A program made the translations under genes and the position numbers. From Octopus bimaculoides (lineage: Eukaryota): a DNA stretch of 64,000 bases. Under the pieces are notes generated by a model. That model saw only the letters and a program-made list of their open reading frames with translations. It was not told the origin of the DNA and made no database searches. Position 1 is the stretch's first letter. Every line of letters starts with the position of its first letter. This document shows, piece by piece, positions 12,251 to 24,829 of this stretch. The DNA lies in contig NC_068987.1 in NCBI RefSeq assembly GCF_001194135.2, positions 60,448,171 to 60,512,170 on the forward strand, in the 5' to 3' direction.

Positions 12251-12529
12251 CTGGAGAAATTGTACTTATGGAGCATTAACACCAGACAGATTTTCCTATT
12301 GGTTCAGAATTGATTTACAAAGTTAGATTTTGTGATGTATATACTGCCAACTCTTTGCAGCAAAAACAGCCACTTAGATAGTAGACAGTGGTAGTGGTAG
12401 TGGTAGTGATAATGGTAGTGGTAGTGGTGAGGTTTATATGGTTAGTTGACAAGCAAAAATAGCAACTAAATCTCCCTCAAATCTGACCGTAATGTTTTAG
12501 ACACACTCAATAATGGAGCTTTTATCTTT

Positions 12530-13020
12530 TACTTGTTTCAGTCATTAGACTATGGCCATGCCATGGCACTACTTTGAAGAATTTTTAGTCAAATGTATCA
12601 ACCCCCAGTACATATTATTTTCTTAAAGCCTGCTCCTGCTACTTATTCTGTTGGTTTCTTTTGCTGAACTGGTAATTTACAAGGGTATATATATATATAT
12701 ATATATATACAGAGAGAGAGAGAGAGATTGTGTGAGAAAGAGAGCAAGAGAGAGAGAGAAAAAGACACATGTACATGTGTGTGTGTGTGTGTGAGTGTCT
12801 TTGTGCTTGTGTTTATCTTCTACCACCACTTGATGGCCAGCGCTGGCTTGCTTACATCTCTGTAACTTAATGGTTTAGTATAAGAGAGTAATAGTATAAG
12901 TATCAGGCTTAAAAAAATAATTATGTACTAGGATTGATTTGCTTGGCTAAAACCCTTTCAAGAGGTGCCCCAGCATGGCTGTAGTCCAATGACTGAAACA
13001 AGTTAAAGATGAAAGATAAA
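12530..13020. mobile_element. Two partial OR-like CORE-SINE 3' halves in opposite orientation
   Basis: TTTTACTTGTTTCAGTCATT (minus) and CAGCATGGCTGTAGTCCAATGACTGAAACAAG (plus) tail motifs. Confidence 0.65.
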
Positions 13021-13128
13021 AAAAAAAGTACATAACATAAGATATATACGCATATATGTATATATAAATGTATGTATGTATGTATGTATGTATGTATGTA
13101 TGTATACATATATAGATAGATAGATACA

Positions 13129-13166
<38 letters not shown>

Positions 13167-13933
13167 TAAAAATATACATCCATATATATATATAAATATA
13201 TATACAGACACACACTACATATGTATACACACACACACACACATAAATCATCATTTTCATCATCAGTGTTGCATGGGTTGGATAAATAAATGAAGAAATA
13301 TTGATGAACAACAATTGACTTACAGCAATTATTATTTATTAATTCAATACAAATAGACTGCATCCCATCTAACAGCTGTTTCTGCTTCAAATGTTGCATG
13401 GTATTGCCACTAAGATGCTAAAAAATATTTATATTTGGTAATAAAACCGATCTGAAAAATGGAGCTTCATCAGATTGAAGAATAAATAAAAGAAAAACCT
13501 AGAGAATAAAAAGGAAAAGTTGAACATGGTTATAATCATACCATTTTGGTTGTGTATCTCTTTGGGATGTTAAGTAAATGACTAAACCTAAAATAGTATT
13601 TGAACTAATAAATAATAATTGATGTAAGTCAATCGATGTTTATCAATATTTCTCCATTTTCTGTTTTCTTTAAATTTTGATTCTTGATAAACTCATGTTT
13701 GTCTTTGTCTTTACCTATAATTTATGAGCATAATACGCTTACATATGTATGCCCATGGTTAAACAAAGGTAATATACCGGTAGTATAATGGATACTTCTA
13801 TCCCTTAGACGGTTATTTTAACCTCTAACTCAGCTAACCTTATATATCAGGACTGACCAGTGGTTAAACAGTCAGACTAAGCAAGTGTCATTAAAAGTCC
13901 TTCAATTAAGCTATACATACATACATACATACG

Positions 13934-13964
<31 letters not shown>

Positions 13965-14136
13965 GTATATGTACACACACACATGTGCACATGAATATAC
14001 ACATATGTATATGTAGGGATGATGAGCATGTGTGTGTGTGCGTTGTGTGCATGTGTGTATGTGCGTTGTGTGCATGTGTGTGTGTATGTTGTGTGCGTGT
14101 GTGTGTGTATGTGTGTGTGCGTGTGTGTGTGTGTGA

Positions 14137-14168
<32 letters not shown>

Positions 14169-14375
14169 ACTGCATATCATAAAAGAGACACTGAATGGGC
14201 ATGACTAAAGCACTTTTGTTATGTGTCTGCTCCAACATGGCTTTAACTGGAAGGAACTGCATAACAATAACAATGACAACAACAACACATCTCTACAGGT
14301 TAAGGACCATTTTTTTTTAACCTCCTTGAGTTAAACACAGTTATAACTTTCTCACTTTGCTCTTTGTGTTTTGAT

Positions 14376-14756
14376 TGTTGGCACTCTGTTGCTTACGACG
14401 TCGAGGGTTCCAGTTGATCCAATCAACGGAACAGCCTGCTCGTGAAATTAACTTGCAAGTGGTTGAGCACTCCACAGACACGTGTACCTTTAAAGTAGTT
14501 CTCGGGGATATTCAGTGTGACGCAGCGTGACAAGGCTGACCCTTTGAATTACAGGCACAACAGAAACAGGGAGTAAGAGTGAGAGAAAATTGTAGTGGAA
14601 GAGTATACAGCAAGGTTCGCCACCATCCCCTGCCGGAGCCTCATGGAGCTTTAGGTGTTTTCGCTCAATAAACACTCACGTCTGGTCTGGGAACCAAAAC
14701 CATGATCCTATGACCGCTAGTCTGTTGCCCTAACCACTGGGCCATTGCGCCTCCAC
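14376..14756 (-). mobile_element. Full-length family B tRNA-SINE with imperfect 11-bp TSD
   Basis: TGTGTTTTGAT (14365-14375) and TGTCTTTTGAT (14757-14767); same head and body as 11060-11447. Confidence 0.88.
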
Positions 14757-15001
14757 TGTCTTTTGATATCATTGCATGAAAAAGACATTGGAAGTGAGAG
14801 ATATGACAAAGTTTTAATGAATGAATATGTGTGAAGTGAAAAGTGGGAAATGTTTATAAACATAAGTGTAAGACTATTTAGATTAGTCTTGAAATATTTA
14901 TGACTACCAATGGGGTCAGGTGGTAATTTAGCTATTAGCTGCTCTTAAATTGCAGGCTTCTGGGAGTCGTATTCACTTAAGATAATGTTGAAAATTTGTG
15001 A

Positions 15002-15048
<47 letters not shown>

Positions 15049-15109
15049 TGTACGTGTGTGCATGTGTGAGTCTGAGTCCTGACTTTTTGCAGTAGCTGTA
15101 AGGGAGTAT

Positions 15110-15297
15110 CATCATCATACAAGCAATGTTGTTCATTTCTAATCTTCCATGAAAACATGCCTGGTCAAAGGGAAATATTACCTTATTTGGAAAGAGGGTG
15201 ACAGTTGGTGATAGGATGAACATCCAGCTGTAGAAAATCTGCTTCAGCAAATTCCGTTTGACCAATACAAGCATAGGAAAAGTGAACGTTAAACTGC
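15110..15297 (+). mobile_element. Family A variant SINE-like element
   Basis: GGAAATATTACCTT...AGGATGAACATCCAGCTGTAGAAAATCTG...AGCATAGGAAAAGTGAACGTTAAA; related copies at 51590-51800 (+) and 62640-62790 (-). Confidence 0.65.
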
Positions 15298-15925
15298 TGC
15301 TGTTGCCGCCAGTGATGTTGATGATGATAACAATGACAGCAGTGGTGGATGCTGGTGGTGGTGGTGGTGGTATGCATTATGTATTAATTTTGTGGCAATA
15401 AAATCTTGGTCAGTTCCTCTCATTTGCACTGTCTTCTTCGTATGATGGTCTACAAAGAAGTATACCAGATAAAAGATCTTGCGATTACAAAGCAAACTTT
15501 TTAACCATCAGCCATAATCGATGTCAATGCTGGAATATTTTAATGTTAATGTCTGGAATATGACAACTAACAAATGTTGCTATTTAGTTTTATATGACTC
15601 GACAATGAGGAGGATAATCATGATGTCTTGAAATGATAACGTGGGTAATGAGCTTACAGAATCATTACCACAAATGAGACAAAAATGCTCAGTTGCATTC
15701 TGTTCTGTTTTCACATACTAAGTTCAAATTTTACTGAGGTTGGAAGTTAAAAGACAAAAATTATGCATTTGTGGTGCCATGGACTTCCTGAAGTTAGAAT
15801 AATGCAAAAACAGAGCAGTGTTGAGGAAGAGTGATAAAATAAAGTTCTAGTCATGTGCTGGGGTTGATGGTATCATCCAGCCCTTCCTTTCAAAGTTGCT
15901 AGCATTGTGCCAAAATCAAAATCCA

Positions 15926-15982
<57 letters not shown>

Positions 15983-16002
15983 CATTATAATTATTATTAT
16001 TA

Positions 16003-16181
16003 TTCAGTAGTTTTATTTTTATAGCGTGCTTTCACTTCACTACCGAGCGCAGCTCTGTGTGCCTTGGGTATGTGCTGTGGTTTGCTGTGATGCTCTTATG
16101 GTTACTGTATTGAAAGTGTTTTGCGTAGGATTTGTGCAGTGCTCAGTAGTGCAATTTTCTGTATGTTATATATATTTGTCC
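16003..16181 (-). mobile_element. R4/Dong-clade non-LTR retrotransposon, extreme 3' end plus 3' UTR ending in (TAA)n
   Basis: Encodes IYNIQKIALLSTAQILRKTLSIQ*, matching the conserved C-terminal QK..LLGTA.ILR motif; the UTR runs into (TAA)n. Confidence 0.8.
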
Positions 16182-16192
16182 TTATTATTATT

Positions 16193-16193
<1 letters not shown>

Positions 16194-16284
<91 letters not shown>
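16194..16284. repeat. Near-perfect (CAT)n tract
   Basis: Read directly. Confidence 0.95.
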
Positions 16285-16299
16285 TATTTTGTGAGGTTG

Positions 16300-16778
16300 T
16301 TGATTGAAGATATGTGTGCAGTTCCAAGTAATGCCAACTTTTGCAATACACGTAGATTGTAGAGTATTTCTAAAGTTCTCAGATGTTTTTTTCAGGTTTT
16401 CAGGTTGGGAGGTATTGAACCCAATGCTCCAATGACAATAGGGATAACTTTTATATTTGACTCTCATAGCTGCCACATCTTGGTGATCTCAATTCTCAGG
16501 TCTCCATATTTATCAACCCTTCCTCTTTCTTTCATGATGATATGTTGATCTCCGGGCACTGTCATGTCAATTTTTAGGCCCTCCTGATTGTCCCTCCTAA
16601 AGGTTACTATATCTGGCCTTCAGTGCTCTAATACCTTGTCTGTCTGGAAGTCAAAATCCAAGAGGGTTTTGCCTTCCCCTTTTCGTCCATTACCTTTTCC
16701 AGTGCATGTTGATACCAAGCACCTATAACCTCATAGCCATACTTATGGCATAGTAGTCAATGAAGGTTTTGAGCTACC
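16300..16778 (-). mobile_element. R4/Dong-clade restriction-like endonuclease (REL) domain, pseudogenised
   Basis: Hand translation: VAQNLH*LLCHKYG...DFDFQTDKVLEH*RPDIVTF...KIDMTVPGDQHIIMKERGRVDKYGDL...KVIPIVIGALGSIP...LQKLALLGTAHI. RPD-D-E-KY REL motifs, with stops and frameshifts. Confidence 0.9.
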
Positions 16779-16789
16779 TAATTATTATT

Positions 16790-17044
16790 ATTTAGGCAAT
16801 GAGCTGTTTAGTGACATTTCATCTATCTTTATGTTCTAAGTTCAAATTCTACCATGGTCAAGTTTGACTTTCATTCTCTCAGGTTCAATAAAATAAGTAC
16901 TAGTTGAGCACCAGAGTCAGTGTAAATGACTTACTCCACATCCATCACCACCAAAAAAAGAATTTGCTGGTCTTGTGCCAAAATCTGACACCGTTATTAT
17001 TGTTGTTGGTCTTGTTTTTGTAATTATTATTATTATTATTATTA

Positions 17045-17136
<92 letters not shown>

Positions 17137-17345
17137 ATAATGATGATGATGATAATAATAAGCTTTTCTACTATAAGCATGAAGCCTGGAATTTTGGGTG
17201 AGAGGCCTAGTCAATTTCATTGACCCCCACCCCTCCTGTGCTCGACTGATACCTGTTTTATCAACTCCAAAAGGCAAAATCAGTCTTTGTGGAATTCGAA
17301 CTCAGGACATAATGGTAGACATGATGATGCTAAACATTTTGATCT
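16790..17345. mobile_element. Two family C SINEs (+ at 16790-16990, - at 17180-17345) around an (ATT)n tract
   Basis: AAGTTCAAATTC (+) and GAATTCGAACTC (-) B boxes. Confidence 0.7.
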
Positions 17346-17903
17346 GTATTCTATCCTCGAAACAGATGTAATAACTTAACAAATCATTGATTGAAAAGAG
17401 TAAATCTCAAGAGTGAGAAGATTTTACTTATTTCCCTTTCCTTCCTCTTCAGAATGAAGATATACGGTGTATTGATGTTATCAGGTCTTTGATGTAGTAA
17501 CTTTATTATCTTTAATTCTCCCATTAATGGAAAATGAAACCAATTTCTTACTAGTGGCTATTTCTAAGAATTGTTTTTTTTTTTTGTATGTCTTCTTATC
17601 GTATTTATTGATGTAGTGATGGAGTGATTGAGTGATTGATTACTTTAGTAAAAGACATTTTCCATGCTTAGAAGAGAGTATATGGTCTCAGGCTTACACT
17701 TGTCTGTTACTGGTGCCAAGTCTGCCAACACACCAATGATTGATGCCAAAGGGAAGTGAAAAGCTAAATCCCTGGGAATCTATAAAATTTTTGAGGTTGA
17801 CTTTGCCTTTCATCCTTCCGATGTTGATAAAATAAGTACCAGTTATGCACTGTGGTTGATATAATCCCCCTAAATCTCAGATCTTGTGCCTATTGTAGAA
17901 AGA

Positions 17904-17941
<38 letters not shown>

Positions 17942-17944
17942 TAC

Positions 17945-18303
17945 TACTTCCGCTTTAGCGAAGGCAGAAGTATTGTTTTCAGTCATGTTTGTTTGGCTGT
18001 GGACAAGATATCTTAAGTACCACTGGTTGGATTTGGATGAAACTTTCAGGGATGTTTGGCTTCATGACTGGCATGAACTGATTAGATTTTTGGATTGATC
18101 TGGCACTGGACAAGGATTCTGGATTATTTTTCCTGTTTTTTTACTTAATTTTTGAGAGCGGCCAAGTTCATTTTCAGTATTCTCATTTGTGAGAGCAGTC
18201 GAGTTTATTTCAGATATTCTCATTTTACAAATTACCTCTGGCTAATCGTTGAGAGGATGTCGGTGTTGCCTTGGCGGAGGTTTGTACTCTCTGAGTGGTC
18301 TTG
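17945..18303 (+). mobile_element. Helentron-associated (HINE/DINE-1-like) non-autonomous element
   Basis: 5' CTTCCGC subterminal motif with local hairpin, GTTTG microsatellite seed, 3' CTTGGCGGAGG inverted motif then ACTCTCTGAGT stem-loop; second copy at 30039-30373. Confidence 0.55.
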
Positions 18304-18438
18304 TTATTCTTATTATTATTGAGGTGGCTAATTGATAGAATTGTTAGTATACCAGACAATATGCATTGCAGTATTCCATCCGTCTTTTTGTTCCCTAAAA
18401 CTTGAGGCCTCGCGCTAATAGTAGAAAGGATTGTTGTT

Positions 18439-18469
<31 letters not shown>

Positions 18470-18559
18470 CAGCTGCTGTTGTTGTTATTGGTTTTGTTGT
18501 TGCAGTGAACTGACAGAATCATTTCCTCGCCAGATAAAATGGTCAGTGACATTTCTTCC

Positions 18560-19210
18560 AGCTCTTTACATTCTTGCATTTAAATGTCATTTAAGTCATC
18601 TTCGCCTTTCATCCTTTTGGGGTCAATAAATTAAATACGAGGTGAGCATTGGGGAGGGGTTGTTGATATCATCGATTTCCCTATCTCCTCAGAATTACTG
18701 GCCTTGTGCCATAATTAGAAAGAACTATTACTATCATTCAAGATTTTCATTATTTCTTTTTACAGTAAGGCAGGAAGCTGGCAGAATCGTTAGCACACAG
18801 GGTGAAATGCTTAATATTTTGTTTGTCTTTACATTCTGGGTTCAAATTCCACCGAGGTCACCTTTGCCTTTCATCCTTTCAGGGTCGATGAATTAAGTAC
18901 CAGTTGAGTACTGGCATCGATGTAACCAACTTACCTACTTTTCCCAAATTTCAGGCCTTGTGCCTATAGTAGAAAGGATTATTTCTTTTTACAGTAAGGC
19001 AGCAAGCCAGTGGAATTGTTAGCACACCAGGCAAAGAAGCTTTGCAGCGTTGCATCCATCTTTACAATCTGAGTTCAAATTCTGCCAAGGTTGACTTTGC
19101 TTTTCATCCTTTCAAGGTCGATAAAATAAGTACCAGTTGATCACTGGGGTCAATGTAATCTACTTACTCCTTTCCCCAAAGTTGCTGGCCTTGTGCCAAA
19201 ACCTGAGACC
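18560..19210 (+). mobile_element. Head-to-tail array of three family C SINEs
   Basis: Repeated CCTTTCATCCTTT..GGGTC.AT.AA.TAAGTACCAG and GGCCTTGTGCC tails. Confidence 0.85.
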
Positions 19211-19574
19211 ATTATCTCTTTTTACAATTTTTCATCAAATTATCTCTTTCCATGTTATCACACAGGCAATAGTCTTGTAAATTAGAATATTTATATTTTT
19301 TAGTTGTCATAATTACTTGTTCAGTTATTTTGTCTGTCACGTTTGTGACCTAACAATATCATTCATGCTTATAGCTATCTTATCCTTTGTGTCTCTCAGT
19401 CTATAAAGATGCCTTTGAGCAAGCAGATATTCAGTTATGAGGTTTTTTTAATCATGTCATAGATATGGCTACCTCTGTAGTACCAGTGCCATGAGAAAAT
19501 GTACCCAGTACACCTTACAGAGTGTGAAAAGAAAGGAAATCTTTAGTTTTGTGAAGAACATGATACCTCTTTCG

Positions 19575-20006
19575 TAAGGACAGATTAAGACCTCCAGAGG
19601 CTCTAAGCACTTAAAAGATTATGGTGCCCCCATATATATGGACTTCAAAATAAAAACAATTTTAAACCATAAAATAAAATTTTATTTTTCAAAATAAAAC
19701 AAAACTAATAGTAAGACAGAAAATAATGCTTATATTTTTTTTTACTTTCACTTTATTTATATTTGAAAAGTTTTCTCCTACATTTTTTAAGTGCAAAGTT
19801 TATGGTCAGATCTTCAAAATTAGTCATATGTAACACATCTGCTTCTATACTTAATTGTGATAAGGCACCCCAAATATTATTTTTGCAAGTTTAAAGTGAT
19901 TTCTTTTGTGCTGTAAACTATTTACCATTTCTGTGATCCCTCTCCCCTTGCTTCCCTTGATGCCCTAAACATGTGCTTATTTTGCTTAATGGTTTATCAA
20001 GCACTG
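19575..20006. mobile_element. Possible hAT-type MITE
   Basis: AGGCTCTAAGCACTT near the left end and GCCCTAAACATGTGCTT near the right, AT-rich middle; terminal inverted repeats are very degenerate. Confidence 0.3.
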
Positions 20007-20659
20007 CTTCCTAGTGATGATATGAAGAAAAGCACCCAGTTCACTCTGCAAAGTGCTGATGTTTGAAAGAGCGTCAAGCAAGAAACCAAATCAAAAATGA
20101 GACTCACAAGCTAGATACAGTCTTCCTTATCTAGATGAGCAATATTCATGAATATGTGCTAATTCAAACAGTGACAACCATTCTAACTTACACCAGCATA
20201 GAAAGTGGACATAAACCAATGATAGTGACAATGAGAAACATAACAATTACATCAGTCATAACAGCGATGATGAAAATGATGATTATAGTGATAATAATGA
20301 CAATGGCTGTGGCAATGAAGAGGATAACAGTGAAGTATGATGACCATAAGAATCACAAAAATCTCTATGATGATGATGACGATGATGATGACAGCAACAA
20401 AGACAACAATGATGAAGGTGACAGTGACAGCAGTAATCAAGTGGTGGTGATGAAGATGATAATAGCAGTAGCAATGACAGTGGTGGTGGTAGTGGCGGCG
20501 GTGGCGGCAGCGGCGGTGGCGGTGGTGGTGTTTGAGCTTTGTTTTAGCTTGATCAGCATGTACCCTATACTGGAGTGTTCTTTTCTTCCTTTTAACTTAT
20601 CAGCTACTTATTAAAATAAAGGTGACATGCAGATACTCAGTCTGTCAGACCATCAGGCA

Positions 20660-20693
<34 letters not shown>

Positions 20694-20964
20694 CAAACAT
20701 GCAGGCAAGCAGACTGCCAAACAGATTGACACAGCAGAGTAATTTGTCCCATTTGTCTTAAGCAATTCACAAACACAATGCCTGCTGTAAGGTTTCAATT
20801 TGTGGTCATTTGATCAGTCAACCACAGTTTTAACAATTACAGCCATCATGACATTTTAGTGATGATGAAGAATTCTTACAACATTCCAGCTTTGTCTTTC
20901 ATTTTCCAATGAATGCAAACTTAATGATTCATTCATTTTAGCTTTGTATTAGGTGTTATAGTTC

Positions 20965-21169
20965 GTGCAGGAGGTATTGTGAGGATATGAAGTTTGCTTC
21001 CCAGTCACAGTGTTCTGGGTTTGGTTCCACTCCAGGGCATCTTAGGCAAGTGTCTTCCACTATAGTCCAAGGCTGACCAACCACTTGGGAGTGGATTTGG
21101 CTGATAGAAACTGAAAGAAGCCTGTCATGTGAGTTTGTGTGTGTGTGTGCGTGTGTGTGTGTATCATCA

Positions 21170-21210
<41 letters not shown>

Positions 21211-21545
21211 TGCAAACGTGGCTGTGTAGTAAGAAGCTTGCTTCCCAACACATGGTTCTGGGTTCAGTCCCACTGCATGGCACCATAGGCAAGTGTCTTC
21301 TACTATAGCCTCAGGCCAACCGAAGCCTTGTGAGTAGATTTGGTAACCGGAAACTGAAAGAAGTTTGTCATATGTACATATTTGTGTGTTTGTGTATGTG
21401 TTTGGCCCCCAACCCCACCATCGCTTGACAACTGATTTTGGTGTGTTTACATCCCTGTAACTTAGCAGTTCAGCAAAAGAGACTTATGGAATAAGTATTA
21501 GGCTTACAAAGAATAAGTTCTGGAATTGATTTGTTCAACTAAAAG
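20965..21545 (+). mobile_element. Two OR-like CORE-SINEs (head only, then near full length)
   Basis: GTGGCTGTGTAGTAAGAAGCTTGCTTCCCAAC head, GGGTTCAGTCCC B box, GGCAAGTGTCTTCTACTATAGCCTC CORE-like block, internal (TG)/(TA) tract. Confidence 0.8.
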
Positions 21546-21760
21546 AATATATATCTATGATATTTATGATATATATATGGATCAAAACAGTTTGATTCAT
21601 GTAACTCCCAGTAAATTGGTTGAGTGCCCTTCTTTCATTTATCCACTCACCTGTATATATATAAATATATATAACAATATTTTTATATAAGCTTATTTAC
21701 AGGATTGTAAAAATGGTGCCATATAAAAAAAACATTCGCATATATATATATATATAATGA

Positions 21761-22000
21761 GAGACATTGAGTATGTTTCAGCAAGCTTATGGCAACAAGG
21801 CAACAAGTCATATGCAATGTTTTGAGTGGCATGGGTGCTTCAAAAGTGGAAGAACATCTTTGAAAGATGATGAGTGATCTGGAAGTTCTGCCGTGAGTGT
21901 CATCCCCAGAAATGTGAAGAAGATTCATCAGCTTATGCTTGAAGATCGTCAGAAGACAATCACTGACATTGCTGATGTTGTTGGTCTGTCGTATGAGTCC
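21761..22000 (+). mobile_element. Mariner transposase N-terminal HTH fragment (irritans-like)
   Basis: ETLSMFQQAYGNKATSHMQCFEWHGCFKSGRTSLKDDE*SG...KKIHQLMLEDRQKTITDIADVVGLSYES. Confidence 0.8.
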
Positions 22001-22357
22001 AATATTGTGTGGCAGTTGTAAATGAGCATCACTGTCAAACAAGCCGTGACTTTCATTTTCAATCTTTTGTGTGAAAACATCTTTAGCCATAGGGAAAAGT
22101 CACCTTGCTTGGAAATAGGTGAGAGGTGGCAGCAGGAAGAGGATTTGGCTATAAAATATCACCTCAATAAACTCTATCCAACCTGTTAAAGCATGGGAAA
22201 GTAGATGCCTAAATGATGATAATAGGTCGATGATGATGATGATAATGATGATGGTGGTGATGGTGGTAGTTGTGGTGACAATGATGATGGTGATTGTTAT
22301 TGTTTTTTTAAAGACTGAATGTTTGATTTTTGTTTTTGCCTCATCCGTCGCACACAG

Positions 22358-22433
22358 ACGCACAAAAAAAATTACATTTGATCACTCCTTACAAAAAGTT
22401 CATTTAAGTGAAGCTAGTCTTTACAACATACAG
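22358..22433 (+). CDS. Candidate 76-nt internal coding exon of an unidentified host gene
   Basis: tttttgtttttgcctcatccgtcgcacacag| ... CATACAG|gtatgt; open frame RTKKITFDHSLQKVHLSEASLYNIQ (phase 2 to 0). Product not recognised. Confidence 0.35.
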
Positions 22434-23043
22434 GTATGTTTTTGGAGTGTTTTTTTTTTATTCTATATTTTATAACAAAATATAAAGAATATATTGTAAG
22501 AGGTGCCAGTTTTCTCTGTCTGGTGAAAAGTCAGACAGAAAGAGCACAAATTAGCATTCAGAACAAATCCCAATCTTTGTTAATTGAGGCAGAAGTTAGA
22601 AAGGAAAGAACAAAGTTGAGAATTTTCAACAAACTCTTCTTTTTATGTGTTAGAGTAAAAAATGCAACAACAAAGCAAAAAATGCAACAACAAAAAGAAA
22701 AAAACAAGACAATTAGAAAAACACAAAGAAAGTATTGGATGCTTAAAGACGGGATGAAAGATAATAATAGACAAAAAAAGAAATAAAGTGAGAAATAAAG
22801 AAAAAAGTGTGAACAGGATTATTTAAATGTTAAGTAATTGAAAGAGCAACAGCCAGAAAACTATTAGTTGAATGTCCTCTCATAATAATATCATCTTTAA
22901 GTTGATATGGCATTGATTATTTGATTATTCATAACTTGATATCAAGTGGTACCAGTGCAAAAGTCAAGTCTTCTATGTATACTAAATATTATCTCTTAAA
23001 ATCACTAACTTTGTTTTTGGAAGCTAGTTATAACTTAAGGAAA

Positions 23044-23046
<3 letters not shown>

Positions 23047-23086
<40 letters not shown>
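23047..23086 (+). repeat. Poly(A) run of 40 nt
   Basis: Read directly. Confidence 0.95.
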
Positions 23087-23087
<1 letters not shown>

Positions 23088-23569
23088 AGAAAAGCCACAA
23101 AAAAACATTAGAGTAAAACATACAATATTTGTAGAAGTGTAGCTATAAAATGTCACTTCATTTCTTCTGCAGTAGCAGTAGCAAGAGCAGCAACAGTAAT
23201 AACTGCAGTGGTAGCAGTAGTAGCAGCAAGGAAAACAGCAGCAATAATAAACCGCAACCATCAATAGAACTGCATCTACTGCAGCAGCAGTAACAACAAT
23301 AGTCGCAATAGTGTTGAGATAAACAGAGAACGCTACTATTAGTGTTGTTATACTTTTTAAAGAAATCAACCGTCAACAGCATTGGTAGTAGTAGTAATAG
23401 TAATAGCGATAGTGGTGGTGGTGGTAGTGAGGGTTGTAGTGNNNNNNNNNNNNNNNNNNNNNNNNNNNNNNNNNNNNNNNNNNNNNNNNNNNNNNNNNNN
23501 NNNNNNNNNNNNNNNNNNNNNNNNNNNNNNNNNNNNNNNNNNGTGGTGGTGGTGGTGGTGGTGGTGGTG

Positions 23570-23611
<42 letters not shown>

Positions 23612-24751
23612 GTAGTAGTAGTCAAAGAGAAGTGAAGGTGAAGTGACTGTATCGATGGGTGGGTACTGCCACAGAGCTGACTGACCATTACCACTTTCTC
23701 TGAAATTTCTTAGAGGAAATAACAACCACAACAACAACACCGACAACAACAACAACAACAACAGCTACATTATGAATTAGTTAAAATCTTATCTCGTATA
23801 TATAATAGACAAATGCCAAATTCTTGGCTTGCTGATAAATCAGTCACTCTTCATGGATTTCAGATTACTGTCTCCTACTCTCCATGTTTATATGTGAATG
23901 GACAGCTGATAGCGAGCGAGCGAGCAAGCTGCGGAACATCTCAAAAACTGTGCTAACAACATTTAATCAACAAGGGCCTTTTAGTAATGGGAGGGGTGTT
24001 CTTTACCAGTTCCTGTTGCATTTTCTGTTCAGCTGCCAATATAAGTAATTCAAATTACAAAAAAAAATTATAAAACGACATTTAAGCAAGTAAAATAAAT
24101 ATCAAAATATTTTAAAAGATATTTTTTTTTTTTTCAGTTTATTAAAATTGTAGCATAAATATATTAATTCCATACAAAAACAAAAATATATAGATATGCA
24201 TGCATGTTCATAAAACAAATATATTTATATGTATATACATAAGGAGACATATAGTTATAAATATAAATAAAAATTATAGATAATATATATATATGGTATA
24301 TGTATATATTTTCCTGCATCATATCGGATGTGGATACAAAAAGAAAAAACAATATTATTTCGATGAAGATAATCAAAGAATTTTTTGGTAAATGAAATGG
24401 ATATCTTTGAAAAAGGAATGAGAAAGATTAAATCTGATAGATAAGTTGGCTTCTAACTAATTACAAATTATTCAATTAATTGGACTTGCAACTTCTTCCA
24501 AACCAACAATGAGTCAAACTTGGGTTACATGCATGTAAGTTCTCTGAATATTTCTACTAATTCTATTTTAAATTTTAATTCCAAACAACTATCAGATATT
24601 ATTTATTTATTTTTCCCTTTTTCTTTTGACTATTGTTGTTGTTGTTGCTGCTGTTATTATCATTATTGTCATAGTTTTTTGCTGCTTTATCTAAACTGGG
24701 AGATACTATTTGACTCATAATGTCCTCTCATTCATTGCACTAATAAAACAA

Positions 24752-24787
<36 letters not shown>

Positions 24788-24829
24788 GCATCTACTTCTA
24801 TTATTATTATTATTATTATTATCATTATT

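Noticed and set aside
21640-21660. Minus-strand CAG|GTGAGT as a second ratchet point
   Set aside because: Preceded by (TA)n rather than a pyrimidine tract; bare AGGTRAGT motifs are expected a few times by chance.
22000-22095. Possible inverted continuation of the 21761 mariner
   Set aside because: Only a faint KMKV..DSD resemblance requiring frameshifts.
23047-23086. Poly(A) as the tail of a processed pseudogene
   Set aside because: No upstream AATAAA, coding remnant or TSD.
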